Shown piece by piece: positions 34,601 to 45,790 of a DNA stretch of 64,000 nt. How positions within the stretch are numbered: position 1 is the stretch's first letter; the number at the start of each line of letters is the position of its first letter. The stretch is from Histomonas meleagridis 2922-C6/04-290x (taxonomy: Eukaryota > Protista > Parabasalia). The notes below the pieces were generated by a model. That model had not been told where the DNA came from and ran no database searches. It saw only the letters and a list, made by a program, of their open reading frames with translations. Location of the stretch: positions 1 through 64,000 of the forward strand of contig JAANOX010000216.1 in the NCBI GenBank assembly GCA_020184695.1. The letters are read 5' to 3'. A program made the translations under genes and the position numbers.

Positions 34601-37215
34601 TTAAATAATATAAATAATTTTCAAATATTATTTTGAAACCCAAAATTATTAAAATAAATTCTAAATAAAACAAATAAATATCTTTAGCATTAATATCAAT
34701 TCCTTCTTGTTTAAGAAGTAATTCAACAATTTCTGTGTGACCATTTTCAGATGCCAAAATAAGTGCTGTATCAAATAATTTAAATAATTTCCAAATATTA
34801 TTTTGAAATATAAAATTATTAAAATAAATTTCAAATAAAACAAACAAATACTTTTAACATTAATATCAATTCCTTTCTGTTCAAGCAATACTTTCGTTAT
34901 TCCTATTATACCTTCAGAACAAGAAACCATAAGTGGATTTTGTAATATTAAGAATAATTTTTAAATATTATTTAGAAATACTTAATAATGCTTAAAATAC
35001 ATAGGAAATAAATCAAATAAATATTTTTGATATCAATATCAACGTTTTTGTACTTAATGAGTAATTTTAATAGTTCTGACTGATCATTCCACGTTGCCCA
35101 CCAAAGTAACTTTTCAAATTTTATAAATAAATTCCAAAAATCAACAAAAAATCTTATATTAAACAAATTAACACTTTTAGAATCAATATCAAAATTTTTA
35201 TGTTTAAGAAGTAATTTAACTATTTTCATGTTACCTTTTTGAGATGCAATCATAATTGCTGTAAGAAATATTTCAAATAGTTTTTAAATAACTTAATAAA
35301 ATTTTGAATATCAATAACAAATTGCAAATAAAATAATTTGATATTTTGTGCCATTATATCAAGTTCATCTTTTTTAACAAGCAATTTTATAATATCAACA
35401 TGTTGATTTTCGGCTGCCCATATAAGTACTTTCTCAAATATTTTAAATAATTACCAAATATTTCTTTAAAGCATTAAATCATTATGATAAATTTTATATA
35501 AAATAATTATAATATTTCAACATTAGCATCACAATTTTTATGTTCAAGAAGTAATTTAAATATATCAAAATAATTATTTGAAAATGCCTTCATAACTGCT
35601 GTTTCATATATTTTGAATAATTATTAAATATTATATTAAAATATATAATCAATAAGATAAACATAAATTTTAAAATGTAAATATCTTTGGAATTTATGTC
35701 AATATCTTCAAATTCAAGAAGTAATTTAACTATATCAATATGGCCTTTTTCAGATGCATACATAAGTGCTGTTCTAAATAATTTAAATAAATACTAAATA
35801 TTATTTTGATATCAAAAATCATTAAAACAAACAAAAAAAATAAACAATAAAACACCATTAGCATAATTAATATTAATATCTTTATGTTTAAGAAGTAATT
35901 TAACTACTTCTGTATGACCTTTAATAGATGCAATTATTAATGCTGGATAAAATATTTTAAATAATTTTTATAAAATATGTTTAAATATGATGAGAACATT
36001 AAAATAAATATTAAGTAAAACAAATAAATATCAATTGCATTAATATCAATTCCTTCTTGTTCAAGAAGTAATTTAACCATTTCGATATCACCTTTTTCAG
36101 ATGCTTCCATAAGAAATGTATAAAATAATTTAAATAATTTCCAAATATTATTTTGAATCACGGGTTTATGATATTTTGAAATATCAAGACAAATAAATAA
36201 ATAATTCTGCAATTTATATCAATTCCTTTTTGTTTAAGAAGTATTTTGAACATTTCTACTTTACCATTTTTGAATGATTCAATAAGTGCTGTTTGAATTA
36301 TTTTGAATAATTTCCAAATATTATTATGAAATATAAAATTATCAGAAGAAATTTTAAATAAAACAAATAAATACTAAAAGCATCAATATCAATTCCTTCT
36401 CGTTCAAGAAGTAATTTAACAATTTCTGCATAACCTTTTCCAGCAGCAATAATAAGTGCTGTTTCAAATAATTTAAGTAATTTCCAAATATTATTTTTAA
36501 GTATCAAAATATTGTCATAAATTTTAAATAAAACAAATAAATATCTTTAGCATTAACATCAATTCCTTCTTGTTCAAGTAGTAATTTAACCATTTCTACA
36601 TTACCTTTTTTAGATGCCATAATTAATGCTGATTGAAATAATTCGAATAATTTCCAAATATTATTTTGAAATAAAATATTAATCAAATAAAACTGAATTA
36701 AAACAAATAAATATCTTTAGTATTAACATCAACTCCTTCTTTATTAAGTAATAATTTCATTATTTGTGTGTGGCCATTTTGATATGCTTTCATAAATGCT
36801 GTTTCAAATGTTATGAATAAATTCCAAAAATTATTTTAATACATGCAATCATAAGAACAAATACTAAATCAATTAAATAAATATCTTTAGAATTAACATC
36901 AATTCCTTCATGTTCAAGTAATAATTCAACTTTTTCTGTATAGCCTTTTATGCATGCCCATATTAGTGCTGTAAAAAATTATTTTAACAATATCCAAATT
37001 TTATTTGAAAATATAAAATTATTAAATTAATCTGAAAATGAAATTTTGAGATATCTTTAGCATTTACATCAATTCTTTTTTGATCTAGAAATAATTTAAA
37101 GTTTTCTGGAGTCAATCGATTAACAGCCTTTATAATTTTTGGAAAAAATAAATCAAATAATCTCCTAATATGATTTTGAAATATCATCCCCTTTAGACTC
37201 GTTTAGGAACTTCAT
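31693..37215 (-). CDS. Locus D: 33 ankyrin repeats, each separated by a non-canonical spacer; C-terminal ...KKSPAKCICY*
   Basis: First codons of repeats run from 37142 down to 31782 with periods mostly 170 (also 150, 153, 167, 171, 173, 174). All segments translated by hand are open. A putative short first exon MKFLNESKGDD lies at 37215-37183; an alternative ATG is at 37187. The joined model is inferred. Confidence 0.7.
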
Positions 37216-37627
37216 ATAAGAAATTTGATCTTTAAATGGAAATATGTTTTCTTTTTTCATTGATTTGGTGGGGAACAAGACTGCAAAAAATTCAATGATA
37301 CGTCATAAAAATAAACATATCAATTTTCAATCAAACGATCAAGACTCTTTCAAAAATGTTTTATACTCTCAAAAGAGCCCTTATGCAAAAAGTGGCAAAT
37401 TGCGCTATTTCATGAAATAGCAAAAAATGTGGGATATAGAGATAACACTATATGCAATTTCTATTTCAGGGAGTGAAAAAACATAAACCCAGTTTAAAAA
37501 CAAATATCATTTTTATTTAATCTTGATTTTTTTTTTCAAAAATTGATTCAGTATAAATTTCATGAAATAGCAAAAAATGTTTCACAAACAAATAGAGGTA
37601 ATGGAATTCACGTGTAAAACAGAAAAA

Positions 37628-38020
37628 TCAGTTGAAACCTGTGTCAGGATTAATTAAATTTTGTGGTTGCTGATTTTGATGATATAAAAATGGAACACTT
37701 TGAGCTTGCATCATGAGTGAATTCATTTGAGTACCCATAACTGGAGGCATTAAAGTTTGACCATAAATTTGAAGTTGTTGGACTGGTTGATCTTTTTTGT
37801 TTCCACCTGATATTCTTATTTGAGGTGGAAGCTCTTGGAATTGATTGTTGGCCATCATATTTGGTTCAGGATTATATCCATTAAAGCCATTATTTTGCAA
37901 AACAAAAAATCTGTGAAAATTTTTGAGAGCCGCTTCGGCAATTTCGGAATGTATTGGACTTGATTGAGCGAGATCCATTATTTCTTGTCCATATTTTTGT
38001 AAGACTTCTATTCCTTTCAT
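37628..38020 (-). CDS. Small hypothetical Q/N/M-rich protein
   Basis: 130-aa ATG-initiated ORF with no recognised domain. Confidence 0.55.
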   Translation of the reverse strand: MKGIEVLQKYGQEIMDLAQSSPIHSEIAEAALKNFHRFFVLQNNGFNGYNPEPNMMANNQFQELPPQIRISGGNKKDQPVQQLQIYGQTLMPPVMGTQMNSLMMQAQSVPFLYHQNQQPQNLINPDTGFN

Positions 38021-38321
38021 TTTTATTAATTGAATAACTCTGTTTGATTTTGGATCAAAAAAAATATGATTTTCTCAATACAAATTCATTCTTTATTAAT
38101 ATTTAATTTCTAATATTCACGAAGGTTGACATTGCCTTTCGTCAAAAAATTTGAGATCTTATAAATGAAGAATGGAAATTGATTATAAATGGATAATTGC
38201 TATTTTAGCTTCAAACATTGATCAAATTCATTTTTTTTAACTGTAACAATAATTTCATTTATTTTTTTCACCATTTCGAAATAATTTATAAAATCAAAAT
38301 TCGTTATTTACAAAACATTAA

Positions 38322-39275
38322 TTATAAAGATGACATTAAACTTGCAGCATTTGAAAAATGCTGATTTGAATTCTGACTAATTTGTTCTTGATGATTTTCT
38401 TCTTCTTCGTCATCATTAAATTCTATCTCTAACCCAACAGCTTTGCACAAGAAAACAGTCGCATCCATTATAACTTTCGTTGGTCTGTCGTCGTTGTGTT
38501 TCCCAGGCACCAAATGCAGTTCCTTATTTGGCGAATCGATTGCTTCGAATAATCGTTCGCTGTTCGTTTTATCCACGAAATCGTCATCTGTTCCATGTAT
38601 GAAGAAAACTGGCGTCTGTATCATCTGACATGATTCAATCGGATTGACATCAAATATATCAAATTTGGCTGTTTTGAGAATTGCCTTGCGAGCTTTCTTA
38701 ATGGCTTTTTTAGCAACCCATTTGGGCACCTTTTCGTTCTCTGCGATTTGTAAAAAGAGATCTTTTAAAGAACAATATGGAGAATCAACAACAGCGGCTG
38801 AAATAAATCTGTTCTCTGGTATGGTCATAAGTGTTACAGCTGCACCCATTGAACGACCCCAAAGTAAAATCTTTTGTATTTGGAAATCGGTCCGTAATAA
38901 ATCAATAACTGAACGAACATCGTTTTTCTCAAAATATCCTAAGGAAACGTATTTACCAGGAGAACACCCGCATCCTGAAAAATCGAAGCAAAAGACATTA
39001 ATACCAACAGGTACAAATAATGAAACCAAATATCGGCCTTCAAGTTGATTGGATGCATTACCATGAAGATAAATTATACATGTTTTTGGGTTGTATTGTT
39101 CGGGTGCTGCATAATATGATCCATATATCAATGTGCCAAATGAATTTGGAAATGCAATTGATATCCGTTCTACATTTCCAAACCCTTGAACTTCAGCTAT
39201 GTGAGGAATAGAGCTTTCGTCATATTGGGCTCGAGGTGGGCGAATGACAGCGCGTGCTATTTTTTTGGTTATCAT
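38322..39275 (-). CDS. Alpha/beta hydrolase (clan SC, S9-like)
   Basis: IYLHGNAS oxyanion region, LWGRSMGAA nucleophile elbow, FIHGTDDDFV Asp and GKHND His. Confidence 0.88.
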   Translation of the reverse strand: MITKKIARAVIRPPRAQYDESSIPHIAEVQGFGNVERISIAFPNSFGTLIYGSYYAAPEQYNPKTCIIYLHGNASNQLEGRYLVSLFVPVGINVFCFDFSGCGCSPGKYVSLGYFEKNDVRSVIDLLRTDFQIQKILLWGRSMGAAVTLMTIPENRFISAAVVDSPYCSLKDLFLQIAENEKVPKWVAKKAIKKARKAILKTAKFDIFDVNPIESCQMIQTPVFFIHGTDDDFVDKTNSERLFEAIDSPNKELHLVPGKHNDDRPTKVIMDATVFLCKAVGLEIEFNDDEEEENHQEQISQNSNQHFSNAASLMSSL

Positions 39276-40342
39276 TATGTTATTGAGAGAGATTTTTACA
39301 ACAATACAATCAACAAGTTCTTAACAGAAATTTGAATGATTACAAACGTAAACCTATAAAAAGTGTGATATTCTGGAGAATTGGATTTACAAAAAATTAA
39401 CGTTCACATTTTCGGTGACAAATAGACGTTTATAGATGGTTGAAAAGTGGCTGACAGTCGCAATTACGAACGTATAGGAATGAACTTATCGTGATTTGAT
39501 TTTTAACTTTTCATATGGTTTTATTTGCATTCCAATAATGATTTAACTATGTTGAATATGCATCAGTTAATTTGTGAACCACTGGTAGAAAAAGTCAAAT
39601 GACAAAAAAAAAAATGTTACAATTTTATAGAATGGGATTCTGAAAATAAAGGCTAGGATGACTAACTACTAAATGCCAAAAATGTATTTTCTTCATATAG
39701 TTTAAATATATTTACTCGTGGATCCTTTTAAATGTAATGAATTTTTTAAGAATTTTATATTTTACTGATTCATTCAGTTAAGTATTTTAGGTATTGTGTA
39801 TATGTGTTAAGTAACTTTTAGCTTTAATGTTCTTCATTGTTTGGATCTTGTTAGAAATCAAAGAATAAAAAAATAAGTTTTTTGTTAGGAAAACATTTTT
39901 AAATTTAAAAAAAAACAATATTAGATAATATTTCATTCCTTGTTTATTTAACAAGATCAATATAATAAATTTGGCTGATAATAGAAAAAATTTCGTTTAT
40001 TTGCTTAAGAAATACCTAAAAAAGTGATAAAAAATATTTAATTTAACCAAAAGAAGTGCTTTATATTCTTATAAATTTGGTTATTCATACTTTTTCCGAT
40101 ATTAAGAAAAAAATCATATATGGTTCCATATTTAATTAGCTGTTCTTAAAATAGAGCAATGCTACATTAAATTTGATCCTGATTGTGCGAATAAATCAGC
40201 CTCTATTTCGTCATTCCGATTTATTTTTGATATTTCATATGGATGATATCCATCTTTAATTAAAGTTGTTGTCACAAGAAGTTCCATTCATTTTGAAAGT
40301 TCTTCATAATTTCTTATGAATAAAAGTTATATTATTTGATTT

Positions 40343-40687
40343 TTATTTAAAATCAGCTTCAAACAGATGTGTAAAAATATAATTTTGTCTTTGTGAGTAA
40401 AGACATGGTTTTAATGGAACCAAACGAGAATTAGTCTGAAAATTAAAATCAGAACTTTTTGAATTTGGATTTTTTTCTACATGCAAAGATTGCCTGTGTT
40501 GTTGCAAGTGTGTTGCGCTTATAGGTTTTCCACAATCAGGGCAATGTATTATACGAACAGGTGTTTCTGATGGTGCATATCCAAAAAATGGGCTTTCACT
40601 CTCTTGGCTTTGTTGTATGTAATTTACATCATTTATGTCATTGATTGCATAGAGATGTCTTGGAACTTGAATCACCTTCTCCCCCAT
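40343..40687 (-). CDS. Small zinc-finger protein, Sgf73/ataxin-7 N-terminal ZnF-like
   Basis: SPFFGYAPSETPVRIIHCPDCGKPISATHLQQHRQSLH resembles the ATXN7/Sgf73 'PxFGxxP...CxxC...H....H' DUB-module finger. Confidence 0.55.
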   Translation of the reverse strand: MGEKVIQVPRHLYAINDINDVNYIQQSQESESPFFGYAPSETPVRIIHCPDCGKPISATHLQQHRQSLHVEKNPNSKSSDFNFQTNSRLVPLKPCLYSQRQNYIFTHLFEADFK

Positions 40688-41222
40688 TCAAAGAACACGT
40701 TACCACTTGATATTCAAAAAGTGGCCGAAATGAATAAAAGTGACACTGGGCACTTTAACAGGGTTCAAGATTCTTTCTAATTGAAAACATCTCAATTTAT
40801 AATCATTCACTATTCCTTCATGGGTTGCCTAGGATCAACTTGCAAGGTATGATATTATATTCAAATTTAAAGTCTTTTTATTCTCACTTTTTTAGATTAA
40901 ATTCCGGATTTTTGCTAAATCCCCAAAGGACTTTTAAGTTTTTTTAAAAAAAATTATCAGTAGCTTATATGAGCACACGATGTATGTAATTATCGAATAT
41001 ATATATGATGAGAAAAAAATTAAAAGCCTAACACAGGAAAGATCGCAATTGAAATATGATGTCTTATGATCAGAAAAAATTAAGGAATATATGATATTTC
41101 CTATTTTTTTCATAGTCAAATGATTGAAATTTCCATAATCTATCATAAGTTTTTATCTTTTTCTTTATTTATCAAATCTATGACTAATAACAATGTTTTT
41201 TTATGAGAAAAATAATATTACT

Positions 41223-42377
41223 TTATTCATCAGGTTCAGTATCTAATTTTATTTTCGGAAATGGATTATCTTTGCTAAACACAACTTTCTTTTTGTAGTG
41301 ATAAATATAAGCCCTTACGAGGCCATTTCCGATCAAGTTTGCCAAAATCAATTCAACCTCTTCAATCGAAGGGTTATCGAAAAACATCGCAAATGCAGCT
41401 TGGAATACCTCAATATCTATTATATTATTTGCGTATGCGTGGTGTACAATTTCGACTATTCTTCGCTCGACCAAATTTCTGATTTGTGCAATAATTTCCC
41501 AAACGCCAAGTCGAATGAAAACCATCTGATTTTGCTCAAGTGAAGCTTCATACAATGATAGATCGCCGATTTGCATCGCTATGACCAATTCATTGTAAAT
41601 ATTCATTGAATAATTTTCCAATAATTCTTTACTTGGAATTTGCCCAAATAACATGTTCACAGGGATCAAGAAAGAATACACAAGCCTTCTATCCCGTGCG
41701 TTAGAGTTGGGAATATGACTAAGCGCTTTTGTGAGATTTGTTTTTGAATTAGTATATCGACCAAAAATTGCATCAACTTTGCCTAGATTGAAGTAAAAAC
41801 TAGCAACTTCACTCGAAGAAAAAACGTCTTCATTGATTAAATAGAATCCTTTTTTTAATGATTCGAATTGCTGATAAGCAAGATTAAAGTTATTGCGTAT
41901 AAAATAAAAGTTTATGAGTGTGTTAAACGTGGTTAAGAAAGGAGAATCATTCATTGTTTTTTGTTTAGGCTTTGTATCTCGTACTAATTTTTGGAAGTAT
42001 TGCACTGGTTCATCTGAAATTTGTCCAAATTTAAAAAGAGACTTAACTATTGATTTAACTATTTTCGTGTAAATTTCGGGATTTGTTGTAATTGGATGAT
42101 ATTTTAATAATTTTTGAAAAGCTTTTGCATATAAAGAAAGGGATTCTGATGCATCTCCAATGGAAGATTTTAGCAAATTCGAAATTACTTTTTGAAATAA
42201 TCGTTCTGAAATATAAACATGAATTCCTTCTGATAATAATCTTTTACATATTTCTTTATGTGAAAGTAATTGATCAATATCCAACAAATATCCCAAAAAG
42301 GAAAAATCTTGCCTATTGATCATTGAATTTAATTCTGTTCCAGCATTTTGTGCAGAGCTGGAAAGAATGCTCCACAT
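41223..42377 (-). CDS. PCID2: PCI-domain protein, PCID2/Thp1 (TREX-2/CSN12-like)
   Basis: SFYFNLGK...LTKAL...RRLVYSFLIPVNMLFGQIPSKELL...IGDLSLYEASLEQNQMVFIRLGVW and C-terminal LIGNGLVRAYI...VVFSKDNPFP. First ATG at 42377. Confidence 0.75.
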   Translation of the reverse strand: MWSILSSSAQNAGTELNSMINRQDFSFLGYLLDIDQLLSHKEICKRLLSEGIHVYISERLFQKVISNLLKSSIGDASESLSLYAKAFQKLLKYHPITTNPEIYTKIVKSIVKSLFKFGQISDEPVQYFQKLVRDTKPKQKTMNDSPFLTTFNTLINFYFIRNNFNLAYQQFESLKKGFYLINEDVFSSSEVASFYFNLGKVDAIFGRYTNSKTNLTKALSHIPNSNARDRRLVYSFLIPVNMLFGQIPSKELLENYSMNIYNELVIAMQIGDLSLYEASLEQNQMVFIRLGVWEIIAQIRNLVERRIVEIVHHAYANNIIDIEVFQAAFAMFFDNPSIEEVELILANLIGNGLVRAYIYHYKKKVVFSKDNPFPKIKLDTEPDE

Positions 42378-42407
42378 TTCAGTTGCATCGAACAAAGGTA
42401 GTCAAAT

Positions 42408-42415
42408 AAACGGTC
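42408..42415 (-). promoter_or_regulatory. M3-type motif GACCGTTT
   Basis: Lies in the 50-bp gap between divergent genes, about 30 nt before ATG 42377. Confidence 0.45.
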
Positions 42416-42427
42416 TCCCACTACCAT

Positions 42428-43867
42428 ATGATATCATATAAATCAAGTTTTGATAAACGTTTATCAAAATATGAAAAAATGACTTACTTTAAACCATCAA
42501 CAAAAGCAAATAGCAATGATAGTGATGTACAAGATGATTTTGAAGAAGAAGATTCATATCAAGAATTAGAAAAGTCAATTCAATTGTTTTCGCAAATGGG
42601 TGAAGATTGTGACCATGAACAATTAGATCACTGCGTTTGGGAACTATCAAGAAATGCAACTTATTCAGGTGAAGGATTTTTTGGTCATCAATCTTTTTTT
42701 AAAAAAGACACTTACAATCATCTATTATTTATTATTCAAAATGATTTTATTCCTATTAGCCCTCGTATAGCATCAATTTGTTGTCTTACGTTAATACTTA
42801 AATCCTTAAAAGTTGAAGATTGTGAAGACTTCTCAAAGCAAGATGTTATTTCTAAAATCAGTGAATTATTGTCATTATGTGAAACACCAAGCCACGCTAT
42901 CAAAATACTTGATTTTTTTTCTCATCTAGCTTCAATCAGTGAAGAATGTCGAAATTCTGTATTAAATTATTTTGAGCTCCAACAAATATTTGAGCATATA
43001 GCTGACATATCAGATCTATCGAAATCGTATTCGGTACTTCTTCAAATAATTTCCTCCTACCCTTTAAATGACGATGCCATTCAAAACATCGTAAACTTTT
43101 CAATTCACGTTTTTGTGAGCATAAAAGAACCGTTTATTTGGGAACGATTTATTATAATTCTTTTAAATTTCTGTGAACTTGGTTATACAGAATTAGTCTC
43201 TAATGATATATTATTGGAACAAATTCCTCGATTATTACGAAAAGGAAATCACAAAATTATAAAGAATGTAATAAGTTTAATATTTTTGTTGGGCGATAAA
43301 ATTAATTTTTCATATTTCGACTTTAAGCAAATAGTTGAAAAGTTATTAGACGAAAATAAATCTATAGCACGCTATTATGCTAGATTTATTAAATATATTA
43401 TAAGTATAAATGAGGAGTTAGCGATTTTCTTGATTCGAAACGATCTTTTTACTACATTAAAAAAGTTTTTGATGGAAAGTAGCGCGAAAAATAAAACTGT
43501 TGCATTGGACATAATTGTGGAAATTGTTGAGCATTGTGGTGTAAATTTGCTTTCGTTAATTGTGAAATATGGTTTAGTCGAAGAAATGGTTCCGTTGTTT
43601 GAGTTGGATATTTATGAGATTAATATGTCGCTGCTAAAGATATTTTCCAGACTTTTTAATGAGTGTAATGATAATGGAATAGTCATCGCATTAAAACAAA
43701 AGTTTGATGAAAATGATGGTGTAACATTTTTGGAAAATTTGATGCAAAGCGAAAATGACGAAATTGCTACTGGAGCAGAATTACTGTTAAATACTTATAA
43801 TGAAATTAATACAGACGAATTTTCTGATGTTGGAACAATTTTGTTTGACTCTGATGATGATATATAA
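42428..43867 (+). CDS. ARM/HEAT-like helical repeat protein
   Basis: 479-aa Leu/Ile-rich helical ORF with an acidic N-terminal region; family not securely identified. Confidence 0.55.
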   Translation: MISYKSSFDKRLSKYEKMTYFKPSTKANSNDSDVQDDFEEEDSYQELEKSIQLFSQMGEDCDHEQLDHCVWELSRNATYSGEGFFGHQSFFKKDTYNHLLFIIQNDFIPISPRIASICCLTLILKSLKVEDCEDFSKQDVISKISELLSLCETPSHAIKILDFFSHLASISEECRNSVLNYFELQQIFEHIADISDLSKSYSVLLQIISSYPLNDDAIQNIVNFSIHVFVSIKEPFIWERFIIILLNFCELGYTELVSNDILLEQIPRLLRKGNHKIIKNVISLIFLLGDKINFSYFDFKQIVEKLLDENKSIARYYARFIKYIISINEELAIFLIRNDLFTTLKKFLMESSAKNKTVALDIIVEIVEHCGVNLLSLIVKYGLVEEMVPLFELDIYEINMSLLKIFSRLFNECNDNGIVIALKQKFDENDGVTFLENLMQSENDEIATGAELLLNTYNEINTDEFSDVGTILFDSDDDI

Positions 43868-43903
43868 ATAAATAAATAAAATATATTATAATTTAATAAT
43901 ATT

Positions 43904-44309
43904 TCTGTTATATAAAAAAAATATCAATATGAATAAACAATTTATTACAAGAAACATTAATGATTTTCCTTCAAAGCTCATTTTTCTTTGTTTGAATAAT
44001 TATAAAATAATATAAAATAGAAATACAAATACTTTTTACTTATTTAATCAATGTATGTATGAACAAAACATTCGCATTTATAATATTTTTTATTTTCATT
44101 TATGCATGAATATATCTGTTATATAAAAGCATCAATATGAATAAACAATTTATTTAATGAACCATTAATGATTTTCCTTCAAAAGTCTTTTTTGTTTGTT
44201 TTAATAATTATAAAATAATATAAAATAGAAATACAAATACTTTTTATTTATTTAATCAATGTATGTATGAACAAAACATTCGCATTTATAATATTTTTTA
44301 TTTTCATTT
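43904..44309. repeat. About 210-bp diverged tandem duplication
   Basis: The block tctgttatataaaa...ttcgcatttataatattttttattttcattt is present twice (from about 43904 and about 44115). Confidence 0.85.
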
Positions 44310-45650
44310 CCGATTCTTCTCCAAATATTCGTTCATATATTTTATCGAATTTTCCAATTCGTTAACTTCGATTCCGATCGATTTAATGTTATCCAAATTG
44401 CACTTATTTTGCACGTAAATATCATTCGCTAATTGCTCAAAAGCTTTCAGCGCTTTGTCGTCTGTTATATTCTTTGCGTTCGGATTCCCGATTCGCTCCA
44501 ACTCTTTAATTATCATCGACTTTCGCTCTGATTCGAATTGAAGCGATTTTAACTTTTGTTCAATTTGTTGATTCTTTGTTTCGATTTCTTCATTTTCCGA
44601 TATGTAATTATCAATTAAGTTACTTAGCTCAATAACTATGGGCGAATCAATGTCTGTTACTGATCTATTTTTTCGTTCAATAATAATTCGTTTTTCTAAT
44701 TGTTGTATCAATTCAATCTTTTTTTGAGTAGACTTCTTCTTATTAATCTCACTGGCTTGGATTTTACTTTGAAGTTGATTGATTTCGGTCTGTAATTCAT
44801 TAAGTGTATTCTTTTGTCTTTCAATTTGTTCAAGAATTTTCTTGATCTCAGAGTTGTCACTTTTGCTCATTTCATTGGCTTTATTCAATTTTTCATTGAC
44901 TTCTAACAAATGCTCTGAAAGTTCATAACTTAACTTGTGATAAATGTCACTTTTTTGGCTTAGTTCACTTTTCTTTTGAGATATTTGCCATTCGATTTCT
45001 GATAATTCGCTTTCAAGGCTTCGAAGATTGTTTTCTTGTGCATCAGTGACGGTCTTGGTTTGCTTAATCCAATTATTTAAGCGGTTTCTTTTCCCATTTT
45101 GTAGATCTTTAAGATGTTTTAAATCTTCATACTGATAAAGTAAATCTTGGATATATAAACCATGGAAAGAACATGCCTGGATTTGAGGAATAAGAGCTCT
45201 GAATTTAGAAACAATCAATTCGGATTTTTCAAGTTGAAATGTTATTTGTTGTTCTGCTGTAGCTGCATTTGCTAGATTCATTGCGACTTCTGTTTCTTCA
45301 TTTTCAAGTTGCTCTACTTTTTCTAATTCAGCATGTAGTTTTTGTTCTAAAACATGAACTTGGTTATCTTCCGATGATCCAAATAATGAGTTTAAACTTA
45401 ATGATTTCTGTGCAACAGGGTTAGCCAATTGCGCGTTAAGGATTTTTTCTTCTTTTTCATAAGCTTCTCTTTCTATTTCTAGTTGTTTTTGACTTTCTTG
45501 TATTGATTGCTCAAAAATGGGAATTTGTGTTTCATTTGCTTGAAGTTTATCTATTTTGGTCAGTATGTCTTCTTTTTGATTTGTTAGCCTTACCATTTGC
45601 TCTTGGAACACTTCGAACTCTTCGTTGGAGATCATTTGCCACTTTTCCAT
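44304..45650 (-). CDS. Coiled-coil protein
   Basis: 448-aa heptad-rich E/Q/K/L ORF. Confidence 0.65.
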   Translation of the reverse strand: MEKWQMISNEEFEVFQEQMVRLTNQKEDILTKIDKLQANETQIPIFEQSIQESQKQLEIEREAYEKEEKILNAQLANPVAQKSLSLNSLFGSSEDNQVHVLEQKLHAELEKVEQLENEETEVAMNLANAATAEQQITFQLEKSELIVSKFRALIPQIQACSFHGLYIQDLLYQYEDLKHLKDLQNGKRNRLNNWIKQTKTVTDAQENNLRSLESELSEIEWQISQKKSELSQKSDIYHKLSYELSEHLLEVNEKLNKANEMSKSDNSEIKKILEQIERQKNTLNELQTEINQLQSKIQASEINKKKSTQKKIELIQQLEKRIIIERKNRSVTDIDSPIVIELSNLIDNYISENEEIETKNQQIEQKLKSLQFESERKSMIIKELERIGNPNAKNITDDKALKAFEQLANDIYVQNKCNLDNIKSIGIEVNELENSIKYMNEYLEKNRK

Positions 45651-45790
45651 CGTTCATTTTATAAACGAAAGAAGTATTCGTACTAAATGTCATTTCAGAC
45701 ACAATTCCGTCGACAATTTATATCACATTTCATAACAAATTCGTAATTAAAAGTATTTATTTATTTATTAAGAAACTATTTACATTTCAA

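Noticed and set aside
32019-37187. Short track ORFs in the ankyrin arrays as independent small genes
   Set aside because: They are pieces of segment-plus-spacer read-through, often with TTG starts, and are better explained as parts of one interrupted gene.
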